Below are positions 8,111 to 15,434 of a DNA stretch of 27,601 bases, piece by piece. The stretch is from Candidatus Aenigmatarchaeota archaeon (GTDB lineage Archaea; Aenigmatarchaeota; Aenigmatarchaeia; JACPZZ01), in assembly GCA_043801595.1 (NCBI GenBank), contig JAZDLW010000004.1:1-27601 (forward strand). The letters run 5' to 3'. The notes below the pieces were generated by a model. It worked only from the letters and a program-made list of their open reading frames with translations. It was not told the DNA's origin and did not search any database. The first letter of the stretch is position 1, and every line of letters starts with the position of its first letter. The position numbers were made by a program, and so were the translations under genes.

Positions 8111-9376
8111 CTAGGCCTTTACGAGGTCTATCACAACACCCGCTGCGACAGTCTGCCCCATGTCCCGTATTGCGAATCTCGCAAGCTGCGGGAAGTCGGC
8201 TTGTTTCTCGACAACCAAAGGTTTTGCAGGTTTTACTTTGATAATGGCAGCGTCTCCTGTTTTTAACATGTCAGGATGTTCAGCCAACGTCGCGCCTGTC
8301 TTAGGATCAAGTTTTTTCACAATCTCAACAATCTCGCCTGCCATCTGGGATGTGTGACAGTGGAACACAGGCGTGTAACCTTTAGTTATAACAGTCGGAT
8401 GGTTCAACACAATGATTTGTGCAGTGAATTCCTTAACAACTGTAGGAGGATTGTCCGGTTTACCAACAACTTCTCCTCTTCTGAGCTGTTCGCGTGAAAT
8501 GCCTCTTACATTGAAACCCACATTATCGCCCGGTTCCGCTTGCGTAAGCTGCTTGTGGTGCATTTCAATGGATTTTACCTCTGCTTTAGCACCCGAAGGC
8601 ATGAAGATTATAGTATCACCCGTCTTCATTACACCCGTTTCAACCCTGCCGACCGGTACAACACCAATACCCTTGATATCGTAGACATCCTGTACCGGCA
8701 GTCTTAACGGCTTATCAATCGGTTTCGGAGGAAGTTGTATGCTGTCCAATGCTTCAAGCAAGGTCACACCCTTATACCAAGGCATTCTATCGGTTTTCTT
8801 TACAACATTGTCGCCCATGTAGGCAGATACAGGGATTATTGGAACCTTGTCCATCTTATAACCAATACCCTGCAAAAGTTTCGTTATCTCCGTTTTTGTT
8901 GAATTGAATTTTGCCTCGTCATAGCCGATTGCATCCATCTTGTTTACGGCAACGATCATTTGCTGGATTCCCAAGACTTTTAACAAATACGCATGTTCCC
9001 TTGTCTGCTCTTGGATTCCTTCCTTTGCAGAACACAGCAAAATAGCCGCGTCAGCCTGGCTCGCGCCGGTTATCATGTTTTTAACGAAGTCCCTGTGCCC
9101 AGGGGCATCGATTATTGTGAAATAGTTCTTCTGGGTCTCGAAAGGCTTGTGCATCAAGTCGATCGTTACGCCTCGTTCACGCTCTTCTTTCGAAGTGTCC
9201 ATTGCAAACGCAAATTCGAACGTTTCCTTTTTCATTTCGGTCGCGGTTTCTTTTAATTTGCGCATTTCGTCTTCCCTTATTGCGCCCGTATCAAAGAGCA
9301 ATCGTCCTATCAACGTAGATTTACCGTGGTCTACGTGACCGGAAGTCATAATGTTGATATGTGGTTTATTCGCCAT
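8111..9376 (-). CDS. tuf: Translation elongation factor EF-1alpha
   Basis: GHVDHGKST, ERERGVTID, DAPGHRDF, NKMD, RFAIRDMGQTVAAG; SD GGTGA. Confidence 0.98.
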   Translation of the reverse strand: MANKPHINIMTSGHVDHGKSTLIGRLLFDTGAIREDEMRKLKETATEMKKETFEFAFAMDTSKEERERGVTIDLMHKPFETQKNYFTIIDAPGHRDFVKNMITGASQADAAILLCSAKEGIQEQTREHAYLLKVLGIQQMIVAVNKMDAIGYDEAKFNSTKTEITKLLQGIGYKMDKVPIIPVSAYMGDNVVKKTDRMPWYKGVTLLEALDSIQLPPKPIDKPLRLPVQDVYDIKGIGVVPVGRVETGVMKTGDTIIFMPSGAKAEVKSIEMHHKQLTQAEPGDNVGFNVRGISREQLRRGEVVGKPDNPPTVVKEFTAQIIVLNHPTVITKGYTPVFHCHTSQMAGEIVEIVKKLDPKTGATLAEHPDMLKTGDAAIIKVKPAKPLVVEKQADFPQLARFAIRDMGQTVAAGVVIDLVKA

Positions 9377-9429
9377 TTCATTTCACCTTCAAGTTATGCG
9401 TTTTAACGCTTCTTATTTTTAACCTCGTG

Positions 9430-9441
9430 TATTTAAATATA
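9430..9441 (-). promoter_or_regulatory. Putative separate TATA box for tuf
   Basis: TATATTTAAATA about 55 nt upstream of the tuf start. Confidence 0.5.
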
Positions 9442-9505
9442 TTACTGGAAGACCGAAAACCAATGCACAGCTGACCGATTTAAGACTTATATTATAATTA
9501 TCGGT

Positions 9506-9832
9506 ATGCGAACGGTCCATGTCGAACTGGGCAACACGGTTTTATCGCAACTCAGCAGGGATCTTGGCATTGGTCCGGAATCAGCGCTGGCTCGGATAAA
9601 AAATTATCCTGTCGGGTCTTTCTATCATTCCATCTTCCAAAGAGCCGATTCATTGTTCGTGCCGCAGATGCGCGCGTATTTCCTGCTCGATGAAATAGAC
9701 TCGGATTTAGGAGATTACCGCGCCGTAAAAATGAAATTTTTGGAAAGCACAGGCGTTTCAACGGTTCCGGTTTATGTGGAATACGGCCATGCCAGGACAT
9801 TTAAGGATTTGCTGCCGGCGTTTTTGAGATAA
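9506..9832 (+). CDS. Hypothetical protein (108 aa), opposite strand, between fus and tuf
   Basis: ATG-started ORF filling the gap; TTTAAG about 22 nt upstream (leaderless spacing). Confidence 0.65.
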   Translation: MRTVHVELGNTVLSQLSRDLGIGPESALARIKNYPVGSFYHSIFQRADSLFVPQMRAYFLLDEIDSDLGDYRAVKMKFLESTGVSTVPVYVEYGHARTFKDLLPAFLR

Positions 9833-9846
9833 ATTAAAAAATAATC

Positions 9847-12039
9847 TTAATTTTCCGGTTTCGGAATTTCTTCTGTCATTCCCTTTCTCTTTCTTATTAC
9901 GAGCACGGCCTTATCCTGCAAATCTCTGGGTATTCTTTCGAAAAGAACGTCTATCAATGAATAGAATCCGTGTCCTGATGTCGCGGACTTTAACGCCGAA
10001 TCGAATCCGAACATTTCCGCAACAGGAACTTTGGCGGTAATGACAGAAGCGCCGCGCTCCTCTACCATATCCAATATTTGCCCGCGCCTGTTCTGTATTT
10101 CCCTTATCGCGCCGCCCATCTGCTCCTTCGGCGTATCTATCCTGATAATCTGCTTCGGCTCCATCAGGAACGGGTCGCCTTTCAGTATGCCGTCCTTGAT
10201 CGCAAACCGCACTGCGGGCAGAACCTGGGCAGGTCCCCTGTGCACCGCGTCTTCATGCAGCGTCGCATCCTTGATAACGACTTTCAATCCTATGCACGGT
10301 TCTTTTGACAAGGGCCCCTCGTCCATTATACTCTTGAAACCTTCCTTTACAAGTTCCATAGCCTCGTTAAGGTACTGTGTGCCTTTAGTCCCGTCGATAA
10401 AAATGTTCTTGTTGTATATAAGTTTTATGCTTCGCGCCTCGTTTTTCTCAAAGCCGAGTTCGTCGAACTTTTTGATCAGGTCAACGTCTTTTCGTTTCAT
10501 TTCCGAATCCACTATGTCCCTGTTTCGCATAGCTTCGATGGTCGCAGCGTTCAACGGCGATATTTCGAATACGAACAGGTTGTGCTTGTTCGGCGATTTA
10601 CCGTCAACTTCGCCTGCGTCTGCTCCGCATGATTCCCTGTAAACGACAATGGGCGGAGTAGATTTTATCGGTATGTTATTTTCCCTGAGTTTTCTTTCAA
10701 CCTTCGCGTCGAGATGAAGCTCGCCCAATCCTGAAACGAGATATTCTCCGGTCTCCTGGTTTATCTTTACCTGGATTGTCGGGTCTTCCCTGTGCAATTG
10801 CCTTAAGAAATCTATCAGTTTCGAAAGGTCCTTTGTACTCTCCGGTTCAATCGCCTTGGTGACAACCGGCTCGAACAAATGTTTTAGTTCTTCAAACGGC
10901 TCGATAATATCGAGCGGATCGCATATCGTTTCGCCGGAGAAAGCGTCCTGCAAACCCACAAGGCCCGCAATATTGCCGGCCACAACCTCGTCTACCGGTA
11001 TTCGCTGTATGCCTTTGTAAATGGTAACCAACTGTATTCTCTCTGTTTTATGCTGGCCTACGAGATAAACTTCCTGTCCCTTTGTAAGCTTCCCTGAAAG
11101 AATGCGTGCGCACGCAACGAATCCCGTATGCGGGTCCGGAAACATCTTTGTTATCATCGCGACGGGTTTTCCATTGATGTTGCAACTAAGCATGTCCTTT
11201 GCAATCTGTGATTCCAGGTCGCCCTTCCATATCTTCGGAACGCGGTATCGCTGCGAATCGACAGGGTTGGGCAAATGTCTTACGACCATATCCAGCACAA
11301 CCTTGTACATCGGAGCTTTCGCTTTTAGCCCGTCGTTATCGTTCGCATTCGTGAGTTCGATTATATCCTTGAACGTAATTCCTGTTTTTTTCATGAACGG
11401 AATGGATATTGCCCAGTTGTGATACGCAGAACCAAACGCAACCGACCCGTCCTGTACATTCGGCAGCCCCCATTTCTTGAGGGATTCTTCTTCCGCATAC
11501 TTTTGTATCAGAACATTGACGTTTGCGAGAATTTTTTCAAATCTGTCAAGCATCTGTTCTGGCGTGAGTTTTAATTCTTTTATCAGCCTGTCGGTTTTGT
11601 TTATGAATATGATCGGTTTAACCCGTTCCTTTAATGCTTGTCGCAAAACTATTTCCGTCTGCGGCATCGTTCCCTCGACCGCATCGACAACGACTATCGC
11701 ACCGTCAACGCTTCGTACCGCGCGCGTAACGTCGCCGCCAAAGTCGACGTGTCCCGGCGTATCCATCAGGTTGATCAGATAATCTTTTTCATCGTACGTA
11801 TGAACCATCGACACGTTTGCGCCGTAGATCGTTAACTCGCGTTGCCTTTCCTGCTCGTCTATCCATGTGAACATCGCTTCGCCCGCAAGCTCCGACGCAA
11901 TCATCCCTGCGCCTGCGACAAGGTTGTCCGTTAATGTCGTTTTTCCATGGTGGATGTGCGCGATTATGGCGATATTTCTTATCATGTCTGAATGATACAT
12001 CACTTCCTTGATCCTTTCCGTCATGTCAAGTTTTGCCAT
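9847..12039 (-). CDS. fusA: Translation elongation factor EF-2
   Basis: DTPGHVDFGG, NKTD, GLGELHL and diphthamide loop LHEDAVHRGPAQ. ATG 12039 preferred over GTG 12045 (GTGA likely serves as SD). Confidence 0.97.
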   Translation of the reverse strand: MAKLDMTERIKEVMYHSDMIRNIAIIAHIHHGKTTLTDNLVAGAGMIASELAGEAMFTWIDEQERQRELTIYGANVSMVHTYDEKDYLINLMDTPGHVDFGGDVTRAVRSVDGAIVVVDAVEGTMPQTEIVLRQALKERVKPIIFINKTDRLIKELKLTPEQMLDRFEKILANVNVLIQKYAEEESLKKWGLPNVQDGSVAFGSAYHNWAISIPFMKKTGITFKDIIELTNANDNDGLKAKAPMYKVVLDMVVRHLPNPVDSQRYRVPKIWKGDLESQIAKDMLSCNINGKPVAMITKMFPDPHTGFVACARILSGKLTKGQEVYLVGQHKTERIQLVTIYKGIQRIPVDEVVAGNIAGLVGLQDAFSGETICDPLDIIEPFEELKHLFEPVVTKAIEPESTKDLSKLIDFLRQLHREDPTIQVKINQETGEYLVSGLGELHLDAKVERKLRENNIPIKSTPPIVVYRESCGADAGEVDGKSPNKHNLFVFEISPLNAATIEAMRNRDIVDSEMKRKDVDLIKKFDELGFEKNEARSIKLIYNKNIFIDGTKGTQYLNEAMELVKEGFKSIMDEGPLSKEPCIGLKVVIKDATLHEDAVHRGPAQVLPAVRFAIKDGILKGDPFLMEPKQIIRIDTPKEQMGGAIREIQNRRGQILDMVEERGASVITAKVPVAEMFGFDSALKSATSGHGFYSLIDVLFERIPRDLQDKAVLVIRKRKGMTEEIPKPEN

Positions 12040-12070
12040 TTTCACATCATTCTCTTTTGATCAAAGTTTC

Positions 12071-12125
12071 TTGATTAAACTTCTTTTTAAGAAGTTTATT
12101 TGATTAAACTTTTAAGAAAAGCTTA
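12071..12125. repeat. Two tandem copies of the TTGATTAAACTT... palindromic repeat
   Basis: 12071-12099 TTGATTAAACTTCTT-TTT-AAGAAGTTTAT and 12100-12125 TTGATTAAACTTTT-AAG-AAAAGCTTA; same family as 534-564. Confidence 0.7.
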
Positions 12126-12380
12126 ACCGTATCTGTTTTTCAAAAACGCCAGCGAAATCGTGGCGCTTAACAATACCAAATTTGTAACATAAATAAACGG
12201 ATCTGTTTTCATCAACCCGTACACGATCCAAAAAATGCCGTTCAAAATTCCAATCGCTATTGTCAGCCAGGAAAGGTCTTTTGTCTTTTTTGTTTTGTAC
12301 GCCTTCCATACCTGCGGTAAAAAAATCGTTGCGGCTGTTATTGCGCCCAATAATCCGAAAACAGCGGTCAAGTCAGCCAT
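12123..12380 (-). CDS. SemiSWEET / PQ-loop family transporter
   Basis: 85 aa, 3 TM helices, FLPQVWKAYKTKKTKDLS, WIVYG, TN. Confidence 0.9.
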   Translation of the reverse strand: MADLTAVFGLLGAITAATIFLPQVWKAYKTKKTKDLSWLTIAIGILNGIFWIVYGLMKTDPFIYVTNLVLLSATISLAFLKNRYG

Positions 12381-12389
12381 AAAATCCCG

Positions 12390-13121
12390 TTATCGCGCGC
12401 CTTCAGCCTCGCGTTCTATTCTTTCCCTTTCTTTCAACGCGTTCGAATTTTGCACGTCTTTGTTATAGCAGGCTGTCAATTCCGTAACCATCGCATCCAC
12501 TATGCTCTTTTTGTTGTTGAAAGATTTGTGGAAAGCGGATTGCGTTATCAGTCGCAATGCCCAGTCTATCCTTCTTTGCGGCGACGTAACAACGGCTTTG
12601 CGCACCATCTGTCCTCCCATCTGATATGCCGTTATCTCTTCAAGCAACGCAGCGTTTTCGATGGCCGTAACAAGCACCTGTACGGGATTTTGTTTTGTCT
12701 GCTGTTCCAATTTTATGAAAATTTGTTTTGCAAGCCTCATTACCCTTTCACTCTTTCCGCCTGCCAATCCGGATGAAAGAACGTGTTTCTTGCTCTTGTG
12801 TCCGGGTATCATCATCTTGTTCATAAATCGTTCAACAATGTGCATGTCGGTTTTATGGAATCGCCTTCCTGCGTGTCGTCCGTAATTTCTTGGGACAAGC
12901 ATCGGCCTGAGGTTTATGTAAACCGCAAGACCTTTGTCCTTGACCTCAACGTTTAACGTATCCCAGCGCCCGAAAAGCAGCATCTTAGGAACGTATTTCG
13001 GTTTTTTCTTCGTTTTCGGCGCCTCAACGATTTTTTCGGAAGAATCGTTTACAACCGGTATGTTTACAACTTCCAAATTCTTTTCCGGTTCTACGGGTTT
13101 GACATTATTTTCAAGTTCCAT
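12390..13121 (-). CDS. rps7: 30S ribosomal protein uS7 with N-terminal extension
   Basis: LFGRWD, HIVERFMNKMM, NPVQVLVTAIENAA, SPQRRID; position after rps12. Confidence 0.95.
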   Translation of the reverse strand: MELENNVKPVEPEKNLEVVNIPVVNDSSEKIVEAPKTKKKPKYVPKMLLFGRWDTLNVEVKDKGLAVYINLRPMLVPRNYGRHAGRRFHKTDMHIVERFMNKMMIPGHKSKKHVLSSGLAGGKSERVMRLAKQIFIKLEQQTKQNPVQVLVTAIENAALLEEITAYQMGGQMVRKAVVTSPQRRIDWALRLITQSAFHKSFNNKKSIVDAMVTELTACYNKDVQNSNALKERERIEREAEGAR

Positions 13122-13129
13122 ATCATCAC

Positions 13130-13579
13130 TTACCTGGTAGGCTTCTGCTTTTTACCGGATACGAGTTCCTTCAAAGCAACGCCGTTAACTTTAACAACCG
13201 TGAATTTGATGCCCCATTGTTTTCCTATCGGACCGCCCTGCGAGCCCCCGACGCCTTCGATTACGACTTCGTCGTGTTCATTGACTTTGTCTATAGCGCC
13301 GGTCCCGGGAACCCAGGCTGTCACGCCAACGCCATTCTTTACAATCTGAACTCTTACGCACTTTATCAGGCCCGATGAAGGCTGCTTTTGCTCTACCACA
13401 CGCTTTTCAAGGACAATTCCTCTGGCCTGCGGCGAACCTTCGAGAGGATCTTTCTTCCAGAATCGGAGCATTCTCGCTCTGTATTTGATATCCTTCCATT
13501 TGAGTCTTTGCTTGTTCTTCCTGATCTTCCTTGCTGAAAATTCTCCCATTATTTGTCGCCTTTCATCATTTTGTGCCAT
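13130..13579 (-). CDS. rps12: 30S ribosomal protein uS12 (divergent); start may instead be ATG 13549
   Basis: [39 protein letters not shown]; position after nusA. Confidence 0.95.
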   Translation of the reverse strand: MAQNDERRQIMGEFSARKIRKNKQRLKWKDIKYRARMLRFWKKDPLEGSPQARGIVLEKRVVEQKQPSSGLIKCVRVQIVKNGVGVTAWVPGTGAIDKVNEHDEVVIEGVGGSQGGPIGKQWGIKFTVVKVNGVALKELVSGKKQKPTR

Positions 13580-13599
13580 TAAATTTAAATCTATCTTCG

Positions 13600-14019
13600 C
13601 TATGCCGTTTGCAGCTTTATCTCGTCAATATCGTGATACCGCTTGATTATGCCCTTTATTCTGTTTATATTCGCACCTCCCTTGCCTATAACAAGCCCGC
13701 GCTTCATCGTATCTACGGCAATAACAAGCACTTTTTTGTCCTTTGCTTCCTCGACGTTTACGGATTTTGCCTGAGGAATCAGATTTGCCACGAATTTTTT
13801 CAGGTCGTCTGACCACTCGAAAACCTTGATTTTTTTATTGAATTTCTTTTCCAACTCTGTAATAGTAACGCCCCTTTTGCCTATTGCCTGTCCCGCCTTT
13901 CCTTCTTCGACTATAAAGATTATGCTCCCCGGCTCTATTATGCAATCATGGGCATGGACTTTGGTGTATTTTTCAAAGAAGTTTATGATCTTTATCGTGT
14001 CGTTGTTCAGCTTGAGCAT
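13600..14019 (-). CDS. nusA: Archaeal NusA-like transcription factor (two KH domains)
   Basis: AGQAIGKRG and [14 protein letters not shown] loops. Start reassigned to ATG 14019 (139 aa) to avoid overlap with rpl30e. Confidence 0.93.
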   Translation of the reverse strand: MLKLNNDTIKIINFFEKYTKVHAHDCIIEPGSIIFIVEEGKAGQAIGKRGVTITELEKKFNKKIKVFEWSDDLKKFVANLIPQAKSVNVEEAKDKKVLVIAVDTMKRGLVIGKGGANINRIKGIIKRYHDIDEIKLQTA

Positions 14020-14035
14020 CAGAAAACATCCTTCA

Positions 14036-14296
14036 TCAGAAAGCAAGAACAGAAACTGCAAACGGTTTGCCGCAGAATGTGCCCAATTCGATGGAATTGC
14101 CATCAAATTGTTCAACATCAAATTTTTGTTTTACCGCAGCTGCCTTTACCCTTTCTCTGATATCGGAAGGGCAGTTCGCGGCGTAAACAACAACCTTTGC
14201 GCTACCGGACATCGCTACTTTCAGCGATTCATTAGTCCCGATAACTACCTTGTTCTTTTCCAAGGCGGTTTTTAGGTCTTTCCTTATTTCTCGCAT
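14036..14296 (-). CDS. rpl30e: 50S ribosomal protein eL30
   Basis: VVIGTNESLK, VVYAANCP, GNSIELGTFCGKPFAVSVL. Confidence 0.95.
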   Translation of the reverse strand: MREIRKDLKTALEKNKVVIGTNESLKVAMSGSAKVVVYAANCPSDIRERVKAAAVKQKFDVEQFDGNSIELGTFCGKPFAVSVLAF

Positions 14297-14300
14297 ATCA

Positions 14301-15434
14301 TCACTTTTTATCTTCCTTTTCTTCCTCTTCGGCTATCATAGCGAGGTCGAACATTCCGGTTCCGAGCGGCACAAGCTTACCGACCATCACATTTTCTATT
14401 GCGCCGTTGAATCTGTCCTTACGACCTCTTATGGACGCTGCCGTTAAATGCTTGATTGTTTCCTCAAACGCCGCACGCGCCAATACGGATCCCTTCGATC
14501 CCGCAACACCGTAACGTCCTATTGCCTGTATTTTTCCGGTTGCTGTCATGGCATCCGCTACGAGCATTATATGTCTTATGTCAACCTCCAATCCCTGCTC
14601 TTCCAGAGTTTTTGAGGCTTCCCTGATTATGACCGAACGTGCAGATTCTATTCCGAGCGTTTTTGCGACCTCGTGTATATCGTTCGTCTCTATTCTCGTC
14701 GCATCGACGCCGTCCACTGCCATGACTTTTTTCACGTTGGAACCCAGTGTGTTCAAAACCCATTCATCGTCCTCTTTTTTCACGACAACCTGTTGCACTC
14801 CCTTTATTCCGTAAAGGTGCATATCAAGGATTTTTGATTTTAATTTTTGCATCTCTCTAATCGAAACATCCTGTTTCTTCGGCGTTATTACAAACTTATC
14901 CTCGCTCGCTTTAACGGCTATATCCTTCAGATTTTTCTTCAGGGTTTCGATTATATCTTCCCTTTTGAGATCGAATAATGACAACTTTTTCGTGTCAAGT
15001 TTAAACTCGACTTGCGAGTTTAACAGATCAATTATGTCGTCCGTAACTATTTCCCTGATCCTTATCTCTTTGATTTTTGCAGCTATGTCCCTTGCCTTTT
15101 CTTTTGTGTTGTACTGCTTTTCAAGGTATATTACCATCATCGGCGTTGTCGGCGTACGTCGCGCATCGAAAATTTCCATCAGACGCGGTAAACCCAGCGT
15201 TACACGGATACCCGCCGAACCTGCAACGTGGTACGACCTCATTGTCATCTGTGTTGCCGGCTCTGATATGGACTGTGCAGAAACGATTCCAATCGCTTCG
15301 CCCGGCTCGTAAACGTAAAGTTTATACGCGTCTATCAAACGCGTCATTATTTCTCCTCTCTTGTTCTGCGGTATTTTCTTTTCTTCGAATATTTTTTCCG
15401 CCCTTTCGATTACGGATTTTGGTAAATCTATCAT
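14301..15434 (-). CDS. rpoA2: DNA-directed RNA polymerase subunit A'' (Rpo1C)
   Basis: PGEAIGIVSAQSISEPATQMT, VTLGLPRLMEI, DIRHIMLVADAMT, SVLARAAFEET. Confidence 0.97.
   Translation of the reverse strand: MIDLPKSVIERAEKIFEEKKIPQNKRGEIMTRLIDAYKLYVYEPGEAIGIVSAQSISEPATQMTMRSYHVAGSAGIRVTLGLPRLMEIFDARRTPTTPMMVIYLEKQYNTKEKARDIAAKIKEIRIREIVTDDIIDLLNSQVEFKLDTKKLSLFDLKREDIIETLKKNLKDIAVKASEDKFVITPKKQDVSIREMQKLKSKILDMHLYGIKGVQQVVVKKEDDEWVLNTLGSNVKKVMAVDGVDATRIETNDIHEVAKTLGIESARSVIIREASKTLEEQGLEVDIRHIMLVADAMTATGKIQAIGRYGVAGSKGSVLARAAFEETIKHLTAASIRGRKDRFNGAIENVMVGKLVPLGTGMFDLAMIAEEEEKEDKK

Noticed and set aside
12048..12058. 11-mer CATTCTCTTTT shared between the fus leader and the tRNA-Asp intron
   Set aside because: Low-complexity, AT-rich single match; chance cannot be excluded.
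14020..14121. N-terminal 34 aa of the 173-aa nusA ORF
   Set aside because: Overlaps rpl30e in another frame; NusA similarity starts at ATG 14019.
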